A DNA stretch of 63,867 nt, the filler included, from Bacteroidales bacterium (lineage in GTDB: Bacteria > Bacteroidota > Bacteroidia > Bacteroidales > CAIWKO01): the NCBI GenBank assembly GCA_035389045.1. It is 5 parts of 5 records of this genome, joined end to end, with 100 filler letters (N's around TTAATTAATTAA, not from the genome) between each part and the next. Parts side by side here need not be neighbours in the genome. Positions count along the whole stretch, not along the records: positions 15,237 to 29,943 come from DAOORA010000087.1; 4 more parts are not named here. The stretch is one strand, 5' to 3'. Below the pieces are notes generated by a model. It did not search any database, had not been told where the DNA came from, and saw only the letters and a list, made by a program, of their open reading frames with translations. Position 1 is the first letter of the stretch, and each line of letters begins with the position of its first letter. Made by a program: the position numbers and the translations under genes. Shown here one piece after another: positions 17,401 to 28,466 of this stretch.

Positions 17401-19476
17401 ATGAAACGAATCTTATTTTGTATTCTCACAGTTTTATTTATCATACCCGTTAAAGCCGATAAAGTTGATCTTACGCTGGCAAAGAAAGCGGGTATGGCCT
17501 ACTTTTATGAACATGCCGGACAGTTTGTAGATCTGGATGTAAAAGATCTTGGAATAAAGGACGTGTATACCGAATCAGAGGGGAATATTCCACTCTATTA
17601 TATAATAAATCTGGTTCCCAAAGGATTTATCATTGTTGCAGCTGATGATAATGTAATTCCGGTTATAGGGTATTCTTACGAGTCAGGCATCGATCCTTTA
17701 AGAATGCCTGAAAACCTGAAATACTGGATGTCACTTGTAAGGGCAGAAATCGTTAAGGCTATCACGCAAAACATCAAAGCCGATGAAAATATCAGTAGTC
17801 AGTGGAATTATTATAGCAATTGCCTGACTGAACAGTTGGTTATTAAAAAAAGTAAAGCTATTGCGCCATTATGTGCGAGCACATGGAATCAGGATACATA
17901 TTACAATCAGTTTTGTCCTGCCGCTGCCGGCGGGCCTGATGAAAAAGCCTATGCCGGTTGCGTGGCAACAGCCATGGGACAGATCATGTATTACTATCGC
18001 TATCCATTGCAGGGTCAAGGTTCTCACGGAGGAATTAATTTTGGTTCCACCACTTATCAGTGGGACAACATGCTTGACGACCTTACAAACTACAACGAAG
18101 CCGTCGCTACCCTTCTGTATCACTGCGGCAAAGCTGTGGATATGGATTACGCTTTTGACGGATCATCGGCAAATGCTACCGATTGTCCCTATGCTTTTGA
18201 GAATTATTTTAAATACAACAGCACATGTAATTATGCTACCAAATACCTCTATACCACCAGTGGCTGGCAGACTTTGCTGAAAAATAATCTTGATGCCAGG
18301 CATCCTATGATTTATTCCGGAGGCGACGGATTTTCCGGAGGTCATGCATGGGTATGTGATGGATATGATGCAAGCAATAATTTTCATATGAACTGGGGAT
18401 GGAGCGGAGCCTATAACGGTTATTTTGCACTTAATAACCTTACGGCGGGCGGAAGTTCTTTCAATGACTTCCAGGGTGTTGTGGAGGGTATCTATCCTCC
18501 CACTGCAAATTATCCCTATAATTGTGCAGGAACAAAAAGTATCTCCGGGATAACCGGAACTGTTGAAGATGGCAGCGGACCCGGTAATTATACTAACAAT
18601 AAAGACTGTTTCTGGCTGATAGATCCTGTCGAAACCGTAACACGGATAACCCTGACTTTCACTGAATTTGCAACCGAAGCCGGTTACGACGAGGTGACTG
18701 TTTATGATGGCAGCACCACTGCGGCTACCGTGTTAGGAACCTTTTCAGGCACCACCCTGCCTGCAAATGTTGTATCCACGGGTCCCCAGATGCTCATACG
18801 CTTTACCACGGACGGTAATTTAACAAATACAGGATGGAAAGCAACGTATAAAAGTTCTTTCCCGAGCTATTGCAACGGAATTTCAACAATAACCACAACT
18901 GCAGGTACTATTGCTGATGGCAGCGGTACTGACAATTATACATATAACCAACTGTGCCGATGGAGGATCACTCCACCGGCAGCACAAACCATTACCCTGA
19001 ACTTCACTGCTTTCAACCTGGCCAATAACGATTATCTTAAAGTGTTCGACCAAACCAACAATAATCTGCTGGACCAGTATTCCGGGACAAGTCTGCCATC
19101 AGGTAAAACATACAACACCGGCAGCGTGTTACTGTACTTCAAAACCGACGGGTACCTCAATGCGCCGGGATTCAGTATAAACTTTACGTCAACAGGATCG
19201 GCAGGTCTTGAAGAAAACGGAAACCTCAGCGAATTGAATATTTTTCCCAACCCGGCACATAATGAACTGAATATTGAGTTCTCCGTGAACCAGCCTGAAA
19301 ATATTGTCACAGAACTCTGTTCGCTGACCGGAACGGTCGTTTACAGGGATGAACAAAACGGATTTTATGGAAATTTCCTTAAAACCATCAGTGTTGCCAA
19401 GCTGAGCCAGGGCGTTTATCTCCTCAGGATAAAAGGTGATTCACAATCTTTAGTTAAAAAAGTTGTCATTGAATAA
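17401..19476 (+). CDS. C10 family cysteine peptidase (propeptide + 2 CUB + T9SS type A CTD), paralog 1
   Basis: WNQ..AGCVATAM, GHAWVCDG and HMNWGW; two CUB domains; IFPNP CTD. Confidence 0.92.
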   Translation: MKRILFCILTVLFIIPVKADKVDLTLAKKAGMAYFYEHAGQFVDLDVKDLGIKDVYTESEGNIPLYYIINLVPKGFIIVAADDNVIPVIGYSYESGIDPLRMPENLKYWMSLVRAEIVKAITQNIKADENISSQWNYYSNCLTEQLVIKKSKAIAPLCASTWNQDTYYNQFCPAAAGGPDEKAYAGCVATAMGQIMYYYRYPLQGQGSHGGINFGSTTYQWDNMLDDLTNYNEAVATLLYHCGKAVDMDYAFDGSSANATDCPYAFENYFKYNSTCNYATKYLYTTSGWQTLLKNNLDARHPMIYSGGDGFSGGHAWVCDGYDASNNFHMNWGWSGAYNGYFALNNLTAGGSSFNDFQGVVEGIYPPTANYPYNCAGTKSISGITGTVEDGSGPGNYTNNKDCFWLIDPVETVTRITLTFTEFATEAGYDEVTVYDGSTTAATVLGTFSGTTLPANVVSTGPQMLIRFTTDGNLTNTGWKATYKSSFPSYCNGISTITTTAGTIADGSGTDNYTYNQLCRWRITPPAAQTITLNFTAFNLANNDYLKVFDQTNNNLLDQYSGTSLPSGKTYNTGSVLLYFKTDGYLNAPGFSINFTSTGSAGLEENGNLSELNIFPNPAHNELNIEFSVNQPENIVTELCSLTGTVVYRDEQNGFYGNFLKTISVAKLSQGVYLLRIKGDSQSLVKKVVIE

Positions 19477-19486
19477 GGTCGTACGT

Positions 19487-21616
19487 ATGCCGAAAAAACT
19501 TCTATTGCTCATCATACTGTGTGTTTTCCAGATCCATGCTTTTTCCAAAAAAGTTTCAGAACAACAAGCTGTGCAGGTGGGTAAAAATTTTTATTATGAA
19601 CGGCTGAACCTCACTGCTCATGTTGATTACAAAGATATTGAAACCGATAATATCACAGTCAGGAGTTTTGAGAACATCGCATTATATTATGTCATATCGT
19701 TTAAAAATCAGGGCTTTATTATCGTTTCGGGTGACGACATAATTCCGCCTGTGCTTGGCTATGTGTTCGGCAGCAGGTATGACGAACTCAATCAGCCTCC
19801 TGCGTTTATAAAATGGATGCAGGATTATGAAAGACAGATCATTTATGCGGTGAAAAACAACATAACACCTGCATTTTCCACGATCATGGAATGGAACCGG
19901 CTGCTTTACTCCACACCGGAACAGCTGAGTCAGAGAAAAGATATAAAAACCGTTGCCCCTCTGTTAAAAACCACCTGGAACCAGGGTAAATACTACAATA
20001 ATTTTTGCCCTTTGGCAAGCGGAGGCCCCGATGGACGCGCTTATGCCGGCTGTGTGCCGACAGCTATGGGGCAGATCATGAATTATTACCGGCATCCCGC
20101 CACAGGGACAGGCTCTTATATGTACAATGATACGGTGGCTCCCTTTACTTATGATTCTTTGCATGCTGATTTTGGTAATACGGTCTACCACTGGGACATG
20201 ATGCCGCTTACGGTCACCGAACGCCAGAACGACTCTGCAGTGGCCAAACTGCTTTACCACCTTGGCGTTTCTGTGGATCTGAATTACGACCCCGACGGTT
20301 CCGGGATGTACAACCACAAAGCGGCCTATTCATTACGCACCTATTTTCACTATTCCCCTGACTGTCAATATGTATTTCGGGATACGGCGTTACATACCAA
20401 CTGGAAGCAACTGATACTCGACCATCTTAACGCCAAAAAACCGCTGTATTATGCCGGATGGGCCGACACCATCAATGTGTCGGGACATGCTTTTGTCTGC
20501 GACGGTTATCAGGATACCAGCTATTTTCATTTTAACTGGGGATGGGGCGGCTCCAACGACGGATTTTTCCTGCTTGACAACCTCACACCCGGAGGCGCTG
20601 ATTTCACCCTGGATCACGAACTGATCATCAATTTTTATCCGGATACCGCATCAGTTTATACCTATCCCTGTAACGGGATCACCACGCTTACACAGACAAA
20701 AGGAACGTTTAGCGACGGCAGCGGACCTTTGCATGATTACGAAAACAATTCCAACTGCATCTGGATCATTCAACCGGCTGATTCTGTCACAGGTATTAAG
20801 CTGAATTTCCTTGAATTCAACACAGAGCACGACTCTGATATCGTTGTTGTGCGCAATGGCAGCAACACCTCGGCGCCGGTACTGGGTACCTACTCGGGTT
20901 CCTCGCTGCCTGCACAGATCAGCACTTCCGGGAAAGCACTCTGTATACAATTTATTTCAAACGACAGCATTTCATCCGGTGGTTTTTTAGCCTCGTACAC
21001 ATCTACGCTGCCTGTATATTGTTCCGGGATAAAAGAACTTACAGCAAGTTCAGGGACCTTCACTGATGGCAGCGGAACATTTAATTATCACCCCAATCAA
21101 TTATGCCGCTGGCGTATCAAGCCTGCGGGATCAACAGCGGTAACCCTGCATTTCAATGCTTTTGATATTGCAGCGGGAGACTATATAAGGGTTTCTGACA
21201 ATACAACGAATACGGTACTTGCCGATTTGTCGGGAAGCGTGATCCCCGGAGATGTGCTGTGCAATTCAGGCGAAATGATGGTTTTGTTTAAATCTTTTGA
21301 TGCAGCAATGGCACAGGGTTTTTCTGCCACCTATTACAACTCAAGCAGTATTGAAGAGCCCGATCCGCTGGTACTTACATTGACGCCGAATCCCGCTAAA
21401 GACAAGCTTACTATTAATTTCAGTAACGTCAGATCAAAGAACTTTGAAATAGATATTTATTCCATTGAGGGCAAGGTGATCCGGGAAAGTTACTATGAAT
21501 TATCTCCGGGTCAATACTCAATAGATATGGATGTATCATATTTAAAATCCGGAATTTATCTGGTCAGGATCTTTACTGCTGATGAAATCCTTGTGAAAAA
21601 AATAATTATTGAATAA
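19487..21616 (+). CDS. C10 family cysteine peptidase with 2 CUB + T9SS CTD, paralog 2
   Basis: AGCVPTAM, GHAFVCDG and HFNWGW; likely start MPKKLL. Confidence 0.92.
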   Translation: MPKKLLLLIILCVFQIHAFSKKVSEQQAVQVGKNFYYERLNLTAHVDYKDIETDNITVRSFENIALYYVISFKNQGFIIVSGDDIIPPVLGYVFGSRYDELNQPPAFIKWMQDYERQIIYAVKNNITPAFSTIMEWNRLLYSTPEQLSQRKDIKTVAPLLKTTWNQGKYYNNFCPLASGGPDGRAYAGCVPTAMGQIMNYYRHPATGTGSYMYNDTVAPFTYDSLHADFGNTVYHWDMMPLTVTERQNDSAVAKLLYHLGVSVDLNYDPDGSGMYNHKAAYSLRTYFHYSPDCQYVFRDTALHTNWKQLILDHLNAKKPLYYAGWADTINVSGHAFVCDGYQDTSYFHFNWGWGGSNDGFFLLDNLTPGGADFTLDHELIINFYPDTASVYTYPCNGITTLTQTKGTFSDGSGPLHDYENNSNCIWIIQPADSVTGIKLNFLEFNTEHDSDIVVVRNGSNTSAPVLGTYSGSSLPAQISTSGKALCIQFISNDSISSGGFLASYTSTLPVYCSGIKELTASSGTFTDGSGTFNYHPNQLCRWRIKPAGSTAVTLHFNAFDIAAGDYIRVSDNTTNTVLADLSGSVIPGDVLCNSGEMMVLFKSFDAAMAQGFSATYYNSSSIEEPDPLVLTLTPNPAKDKLTINFSNVRSKNFEIDIYSIEGKVIRESYYELSPGQYSIDMDVSYLKSGIYLVRIFTADEILVKKIIIE

Positions 21617-21625
21617 ATTTATTAT

Positions 21626-23731
21626 ATGAAATATTTTCAAATTTGTGTGTTTTTCCTGCTGACATTTCTGTTCATTCAAACTGTAGCACGGGCTGATAAA
21701 GTCGGATCAAAAACAGCTGAAGAACTGGCTTCAAATTTTTATTTCGAAAAATGCCTTCAGGCGGGATATGACCTCAAACAAGATGCAGAACTGTCGTTAA
21801 GTTATACCCGCATTACCGGCGGTGAAGAAATATTTTATGTGTTTTCAGCGGATGACGGTTATATTATTGTTGCTGCCGATGACGATGTTTATCCGGTTCT
21901 TGCGTATTCATTTGAAAGAGGGTATCCGCAAAAAACCATGTCTCCGGAATTTAAATTCTGGATGGATTCCTACGAAAAGCAAATTGTTTATGTGAGAATT
22001 AACAGCATCAAAGCGGATGCCCTTATTGCAGGAACCTGGGATTATTATCTCAATCATTTCAGCAGTAAGGATTTTGTCAAGGGGAATCAAAAATCCGTGG
22101 AGCCTTTATTGATGTCGAACTGGGATCAGGGTATGTTTTATAATTGTTTATGTCCCGAAGATCCTGCCGGACCCGACGGTCATGTATGGTCGGGTTGCGT
22201 TGCCACCTCCATGGCACAGGTGATGTATTATTACCGTTATCCGCAGCAGGGTGCGGGTTCACACGGGTACTATTCCGACTACGGTTACCTGACGGCCAAT
22301 TTCGGTGCCACCACCTACCGCTGGGAGTCTATGCAAAATGACATCAGCAGCAAATATAACTATGATATGGCTTTATTACAACTTCACTGCGGTATTGCCA
22401 TTGAGATGAATTACAGCCCTGACGGCTCGGGTGCCTCAATGCATGACGATGTGAATGCTATGAAATCAAACTTCGGATATTCAAATTCCACGAATCTGCG
22501 TTATAAAAACGATTATTCCAATACAGAATGGAATAATATGCTAAAAAGCAACCTGGATAATAAGATGCCCATTCAATATGCCGGATATGGAGAAACCGGC
22601 GGTCATGCTTTTGTATGCGACGGATATCAGGGTACCAGCTTTTTTCATTTCAACTGGGGCTGGGGTGGATCTTATAACGGATATTTTTATTTGGATAACC
22701 TCAATCCCGGATATACTTTCAACAACGGTCAGCAGGCAATTTTTGATTCCTATCCTTCAGGCGCTTTTCCACAGCACTGTACCGGGTTTAAAACCATTAA
22801 CAGCCTCTACGGAACCATTGAGGATGGAAGCAGTCCCTTATACAACTACCAGAATAGTACCGATTGTATGTGGCTCATATCCCCCAATGATTCTGTGGAC
22901 TATATCAGGATCACCTTCGACAAGATAAATACTGAAAATGCCTATGATATTATTACTATTTATGATGGTACAACTACCGCCGATTCCGTATTGGGTTCGT
23001 TTTCCGGTAATACCATTCCGCCAGTAATAAACTCCACTGGTAAAAATGTGTTGGTGCGTTTTACAACCAACGGTACCAATGTGGCTGAGGGATGGCAACT
23101 GACCTTCAGCGCTGAGGAAACCAGGTTTTGCAATAGCATGACAGAATTTACGACTCCTTCAGGTTCATTTTCTGATGGCAGTGGCTCCTATGAATATAAC
23201 AACAGTACTTTTTGCCGCTGGCGTATCAACCCGCCCGGCGCTACTTCAATCACCCTCCATTTTGATAATTTTGAACTGGCCCAGGATGAGGATTTTGTGA
23301 GAATTTTCGACGAAGTGGCCAATACCGAGATTACTACCTTATATGGTAGTTCTGTTCCTCAGACCTTAGCGGTTTACTCAAGTTCGGTTTTATTGCTTTT
23401 CAGGACCAGCGGCGTATACAACGGAAACGGATGGGATATTTCCTATACTTCTGCTCCGCTATCTGTCAGCCAGATACAAAAAGGCAATGTGAGCATCGCC
23501 CCGAACCCCTCCAGAGACCATTTTTCTATAAAGGCCTCCACACCCCGGGCAAATTCGCTTAATCTCGATATATACAACAGTTCAGGAACCTTGGTTTTGT
23601 CACGACAACTTATCACGGAAAACGACTTTCTGAACGAAACCATTGATGTGAGCAATTTTGTTAATGGTATGTACTTCCTGAAATTGTCATCGGAGAATTT
23701 TAATCACATTCAGAAACTGATCGTGTATTAG
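21626..23731 (+). CDS. C10 family cysteine peptidase with 2 CUB + T9SS CTD, paralog 3
   Basis: SGCVATSM, GHAFVCDG and HFNWGW. Confidence 0.92.
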   Translation: MKYFQICVFFLLTFLFIQTVARADKVGSKTAEELASNFYFEKCLQAGYDLKQDAELSLSYTRITGGEEIFYVFSADDGYIIVAADDDVYPVLAYSFERGYPQKTMSPEFKFWMDSYEKQIVYVRINSIKADALIAGTWDYYLNHFSSKDFVKGNQKSVEPLLMSNWDQGMFYNCLCPEDPAGPDGHVWSGCVATSMAQVMYYYRYPQQGAGSHGYYSDYGYLTANFGATTYRWESMQNDISSKYNYDMALLQLHCGIAIEMNYSPDGSGASMHDDVNAMKSNFGYSNSTNLRYKNDYSNTEWNNMLKSNLDNKMPIQYAGYGETGGHAFVCDGYQGTSFFHFNWGWGGSYNGYFYLDNLNPGYTFNNGQQAIFDSYPSGAFPQHCTGFKTINSLYGTIEDGSSPLYNYQNSTDCMWLISPNDSVDYIRITFDKINTENAYDIITIYDGTTTADSVLGSFSGNTIPPVINSTGKNVLVRFTTNGTNVAEGWQLTFSAEETRFCNSMTEFTTPSGSFSDGSGSYEYNNSTFCRWRINPPGATSITLHFDNFELAQDEDFVRIFDEVANTEITTLYGSSVPQTLAVYSSSVLLLFRTSGVYNGNGWDISYTSAPLSVSQIQKGNVSIAPNPSRDHFSIKASTPRANSLNLDIYNSSGTLVLSRQLITENDFLNETIDVSNFVNGMYFLKLSSENFNHIQKLIVY

Positions 23732-23800
23732 AATATCTTTCCTGTTCATAATCGTGTTGATTTTTATGACCTGACTACAGCTTACTGTCATCAAAATTTA

Positions 23801-23808
23801 TAATTTTG
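23801..23808 (+). promoter_or_regulatory. Bacteroidota -7 box directly before aroC
   Basis: TAATTTTG ends 4 nt before ATG 23813. Confidence 0.45.
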
Positions 23809-23812
23809 TGTT

Positions 23813-24895
23813 ATGAGTAATGTTTTAGGCGATCTGTTTAAACTGAGTATCTATGGGGATTCGCACGGCAAAGCCCTGGGGGGCGTTCTCGACGGCTGTC
23901 CTCCCGGGTTGGCCATTGATGAAGAACAAATCGGTTACGACCTAAAACGCCGTAAAAGCGGTCATGATTTTTTCTCTTCACCACGCAGCGAGGATGACCG
24001 TTATGAGATTTTATCGGGTATCCGTAACGGTAAAACAACGGGTGGCCCCATAGGTTTTATCATATACAATTCTGATTTTCAGCCCGATGACTACCGTGAA
24101 CTTGATTCCATTTTCAGACCTTCACATGCCGATTTTACCTATTTTGCAAAGTATGGTTCAGAGGAGAGCGCCGGAAAACTTCATGCTTCAGCACGGATTT
24201 TTGCTCCTGTTGTTCTGGCAGGGGCCATAGCAAAGCAGGTACTGCTCCGTTCGGATATCCGGGTATCTGCATTTGTCAGACAAATAGGTACAGTATCCCT
24301 GGATACCCCATATACCCTTCTTGATCTGAGTACAATAGAACAAAGTCCTGTGCGTTGTCCTGATAAAGAAACTTCAGAAAAAATGCTCCGGTTGTTGAAA
24401 AATATTAAAAAAGCAGGCGACAGTACCGGGGGGGTGATCACAGGCGTCATCTCCGGTTGTCCGCCGGGAGTGGGCGATCCCGTATTTGATAAATTGCAGG
24501 CCAGGCTGGCCCATGCCATGTTTTCTATCAATGCTGTAAAAGGATTTGAATACGGCAGCGGCTTTGATTCGGCTGCCATGACAGGAAGCACACACAACGA
24601 CCTGTTCATCGTCAGAAAGCACCGGCTGAGAACAAAAACCAACAACTCCGGGGGTATACAGGGAGGTATCAGCAACGGCGAAGATATTTATTTCAATGTG
24701 GCGTTCAAGCCTGTTCCGGGTATACGGCTGAAACAAAAGACCGTTGACCGCAACGCTGATTATGTTGAATTTGCCACAGGCGGCAGGCATGATATTTGTT
24801 TTGTCCCCCGCGCTGTTCCTGTGGTGGAAGCCATGTCGGCCCTTGTTCTGGCCGACAGCTATTTAAAGCACCTTGTGTATGCCGAAAAATATTAA
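23813..24895 (+). CDS. aroC: Chorismate synthase
   Basis: GDSHG, RPSHAD, NNSGGIQGGISNG and GRHD motifs. Confidence 0.95.
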   Translation: MSNVLGDLFKLSIYGDSHGKALGGVLDGCPPGLAIDEEQIGYDLKRRKSGHDFFSSPRSEDDRYEILSGIRNGKTTGGPIGFIIYNSDFQPDDYRELDSIFRPSHADFTYFAKYGSEESAGKLHASARIFAPVVLAGAIAKQVLLRSDIRVSAFVRQIGTVSLDTPYTLLDLSTIEQSPVRCPDKETSEKMLRLLKNIKKAGDSTGGVITGVISGCPPGVGDPVFDKLQARLAHAMFSINAVKGFEYGSGFDSAAMTGSTHNDLFIVRKHRLRTKTNNSGGIQGGISNGEDIYFNVAFKPVPGIRLKQKTVDRNADYVEFATGGRHDICFVPRAVPVVEAMSALVLADSYLKHLVYAEKY

Positions 24896-26855
24896 AACTA
24901 TACTATGTCTTGTTTTTTTTCTCGTTTCTGCAATGGCTTCGTCAGGGCAGGAAGATAGCAACTGCCCGGAACTGTCCGGTAAAAAGGAAAAAAAACTCTT
25001 CGACGAAGCCCTGGATAATTTTAAAGACCGCCGTTTCCCGGAAGCAAACAAACTCTTCAAAGAAGTGCTCACTTATGAGCCGCAATGTGCTGCCTGTTAC
25101 TTTTTTATGGGAATGATAAATTTTAAAAAAGCCGATTACAACCTTAAAGCTGCACAGACTTATTTTGAAAAATCCGTAGAGCTATGCCCTGATTTTGATG
25201 TTTATGTCTATTATTACCTGGGCCAGATTTATTATGGGGCTGAAAACTGGGAGCAGGCTGAAAACGTGTTGTCAGTTTTTCTCAAAGATCCTGAAAAGAT
25301 AGAGAATGATGCCGAACTGAATGATGCACAGGCTATGTATAAATGGGCAGTTTTTTACAATAAAGCCTACAAAAATCCGGTACCCTTCAATCCCAGGTAT
25401 ATCAATGGTGTTTCTTCCGCTTCCGATGAATACATACCTTCTATCTCCCCCGACGGGGAATATATGTTCTATGCCCGCGTTATCGAACTTCCTCCCAATA
25501 AAGGAGATATGATCCCTAAGCCTACGTACAAGGAGAAATTTTATTATAGCGAAAAGAAAAACGGACAATTCGACAACGGCAGTGAGATGCCTTACCCGTT
25601 CAACATGAATGAAAATGAGGGCGGCTGTTCGGTCACCCTGGATAATAACGAACTTTATTATACCGTATGCAAATACAAAGGCAGCTACCTGAATTGCGAC
25701 ATTTATTACACCCGTAAAGATGAGAACGGGCTATGGATGGACATTGAACCCCTTGAAAACGTTAATAATTCCGACACCTGGGAAAGTATGCCCAGCATAT
25801 CGTCCGACGGCAGGATATTGTATTTTATCAGCGACAGGCCCGGCGGGGTGGGAGGCTATGACATCTATCGTGCCCGAAAGACTGATGACGGCGTATGGGG
25901 TAAAGCTGAGAACTTAGGTTCACAGATCAACACGAAAAATAATGAGAAAACACCTTTTCTGCATACCGACAGCCAGACGTTGTATTTTTCTTCCGATTCC
26001 CCGGACCTGCCCGGGATGGGCAGTTACGACATCTTTTATTCACGTATTCAGGCAGACGGGAGCTGGAAAAAACCTGTCAATATCGGTTATCCTATAAACT
26101 CAACTGCGGATGATGCCGGTTTTTTCGTCAGCCTCGACGGTAAAACGGCCTATTTCTCTTCCAACAAGCTGAAAGGTGTCGGAGGCTGGGACGTATATGA
26201 ATTTGAATTATACAAGGATGCCCGTCCTGAAGAGATGAGGATTGTAAAGGGGAATGTCAGGGACGAAACCACCGAAAAACCTGTAACTGCGCGGATTGAA
26301 ATTAAAAATGTGGAGACCAAGAAGATCACCCGGATACCCGTCGACTCGTTGTCGGGCAAATACGTGATTGCCGTCAACACGAGGAACAACTTTGTGCTCA
26401 CCGTGAAAAAAGAAGATTATGCCTACGAATCGAAGTTGATACCTGCTGAAGACACAATGCGCTCAGAGCCTTTGCAGGAAGTGAGTTTCGAGATAAAACC
26501 CATAGAAGTGGGCAAATCATACAAACTCAATGATATTTATTTTGAATCAAACTCATTCGATCTGAATGCCGATACGCAAGCCATACTTGACGGTTTTATT
26601 GAATTTCTCACCGAGAATCCCGGAATAAAAACCGCTATTCACGGGCATACCGACAATATCGGCAAAGATGAAGATAATATGCTGCTTTCCGGCAACCGTT
26701 CTAAATCCGTGTATAATTATCTGACGGAAAATGGAATACCGCCATCGCGCTTATCTTATAAAGGTTTTGGAGAAACACAGCCCGTGGCGACCAATGATAC
26801 GGAAGCCGGAAGGGCAAAAAACCGCAGGACAGAATTCGTAATACTTGAAAAATAA
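24879..26855 (+). CDS. TPR/PD40/OmpA family (PorE-like) protein
   Basis: TPRs, PD40 repeats (PSISPDG, GGYDIY) and OmpA motif GHTD..LS..R..NRRTEF. Confidence 0.9.
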   Translation: MPKNIKTILCLVFFLVSAMASSGQEDSNCPELSGKKEKKLFDEALDNFKDRRFPEANKLFKEVLTYEPQCAACYFFMGMINFKKADYNLKAAQTYFEKSVELCPDFDVYVYYYLGQIYYGAENWEQAENVLSVFLKDPEKIENDAELNDAQAMYKWAVFYNKAYKNPVPFNPRYINGVSSASDEYIPSISPDGEYMFYARVIELPPNKGDMIPKPTYKEKFYYSEKKNGQFDNGSEMPYPFNMNENEGGCSVTLDNNELYYTVCKYKGSYLNCDIYYTRKDENGLWMDIEPLENVNNSDTWESMPSISSDGRILYFISDRPGGVGGYDIYRARKTDDGVWGKAENLGSQINTKNNEKTPFLHTDSQTLYFSSDSPDLPGMGSYDIFYSRIQADGSWKKPVNIGYPINSTADDAGFFVSLDGKTAYFSSNKLKGVGGWDVYEFELYKDARPEEMRIVKGNVRDETTEKPVTARIEIKNVETKKITRIPVDSLSGKYVIAVNTRNNFVLTVKKEDYAYESKLIPAEDTMRSEPLQEVSFEIKPIEVGKSYKLNDIYFESNSFDLNADTQAILDGFIEFLTENPGIKTAIHGHTDNIGKDEDNMLLSGNRSKSVYNYLTENGIPPSRLSYKGFGETQPVATNDTEAGRAKNRRTEFVILEK

Positions 26856-26911
26856 AAAAAATTCACTATCTTTACATAGAAATTAATAGTATTCATTTTA
26901 AACCTTGTGCC

Positions 26912-27316
26912 ATGAAAAAAGTAATAGTCTTTTTAGTTTTTTGTTTATTTACGACTGTCTTTACTTTTGCGCAGAAAGATATTAATTTCCAGGTCAGTTA
27001 CAGCCAGGATGCCCACTATCCCGGGAGCGACACGGCCTTATTGATGTATTTCATGGAAAACCTCAGATACAGTGATGAGGCCATAAACAGCAACGTAACA
27101 GGCACGGCGATGCTGAGTTTCACGGTGATGCCCGACAGCAGCATTACCGATGTGGTACCATTGAGCAATATTGGTTACGGCCTTGAAGCACAGGTGGCGG
27201 AGCTGGTCAAAAAACTGCGCTATGCACCGGCGGTGGCCAATGGCTCTCCCTACAAATCAAATGTGATCATCAACGTCAGGATAAACGCTGCTGACAGCAG
27301 GTATTTTCACGATTAA
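26912..27316 (+). CDS. Secreted TonB C-terminal domain protein
   Basis: Signal peptide; YPG..LRYS..A..VTGTAMLSFTV..PAVANG. Confidence 0.75.
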   Translation: MKKVIVFLVFCLFTTVFTFAQKDINFQVSYSQDAHYPGSDTALLMYFMENLRYSDEAINSNVTGTAMLSFTVMPDSSITDVVPLSNIGYGLEAQVAELVKKLRYAPAVANGSPYKSNVIINVRINAADSRYFHD

Positions 27317-27458
27317 TTCAAAAATTAGGACTGTTTTCTCACGGATCATTCTGGAATAACAGATTTCCTACCGTTCCAACACGAATTGGTGTTTATCCGG
27401 AAACTCTATAAAGTGTTTGAATTTTCTATTATCACAGATATATCGGTGGATTCGGGAG

Positions 27459-27547
27459 CAGTTCGACATGCTCACTGTAAACGCCACCGGCAAAAAAAGT
27501 GTTTGAAATATAAGATAGCGGTGGCTTCGAGAGCCTCAGCCACCGCT
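27459..27547. repeat. Two REP-like palindromes (stem-TTCGA-N4-CTCA-stem)
   Basis: CAGT-tcgacatgctc-ACTG and AGCGGTGGCT-tcgagagcctc-AGCCACCGCT, between convergent genes. Confidence 0.7.
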
Positions 27548-27586
27548 TATGTTACACCTGAAGTTTTGATATTTTGATCAGCAGCT

Positions 27587-28456
27587 TTACTTAATAAATG
27601 TCCCGTTTTCAAACTCTTCAAAAGCAACTTCCAGTTCTTCCTGTGTATTCATCACTATAGGCCCGCCCCAGGCCACAGGTTCGTCAAGAGGCTTGCCCAT
27701 GAGAAATAAAAACCTGAGATTGCTTTCACCGGTATGGGCCACGAGTTTTTCACCTTCCGAAAACAAAAGAATATCCTGATTACCGGCATAATTCTTTTCG
27801 GCGATTTCCGCATCCACATTCTTTTCGCAGAAATACCCGGCGCCTTCGATGACATAGCAAAAAACATTGTTTTCTGCCGGTGTAGGCAGGCTAAATTCCG
27901 TATCGGGAGGGACAGAAATATCCAGGAAAACCGGATGGGTTATAATATCTTTTACCGGGCCTGAAACACCGTTGTACTCACCGCAAATAACACATATCCT
28001 GCAATTGGTGTCAGAAACAACCTCAGGTATTTCGCTGCTTTTCACTTCCTGATAGCGGGGGGGCATCATTTTGTGTGAAGCTGGCAGGTTGGCCCAGAGC
28101 TGGAACCCGAGGAGAATGCCGTCGCCCTTCACCTGCGGCATTTCCTGGTGAATGATGCCGCTGCCGGCCGTCATCCACTGCACATCACCCGCCCCGATCA
28201 CGCCTTTGTTGCCCATGCTGTCCTGATGTTCTATTTCGCCTTTCAGGACATACGTGATGGTCTCTATGCCGCGGTGCGGATGCCAGGGAAATCCTTTTTT
28301 GTAATCATCAGGATGGTCATTTCTGAAATCATCGAGCATCAGGAAAGGATCGAAGCGGGGAAGTTCATGATATCCGAATGCCCTGCGAAGCCTCACCCCG
28401 GCGCCCTCCATCACGGGCTGGCTTTTTCTCATCCATTTTATTTTTCTTGTTTTCAT
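27587..28456 (-). CDS. Pirin family protein
   Basis: DPFLMLD, HPHRGIET, WMTAGSGIIHQE and GPIVMNT; likely start MKTRKI. Confidence 0.95.
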   Translation of the reverse strand: MKTRKIKWMRKSQPVMEGAGVRLRRAFGYHELPRFDPFLMLDDFRNDHPDDYKKGFPWHPHRGIETITYVLKGEIEHQDSMGNKGVIGAGDVQWMTAGSGIIHQEMPQVKGDGILLGFQLWANLPASHKMMPPRYQEVKSSEIPEVVSDTNCRICVICGEYNGVSGPVKDIITHPVFLDISVPPDTEFSLPTPAENNVFCYVIEGAGYFCEKNVDAEIAEKNYAGNQDILLFSEGEKLVAHTGESNLRFLFLMGKPLDEPVAWGGPIVMNTQEELEVAFEEFENGTFIK

Positions 28457-28466
28457 TTTTTTCTGC

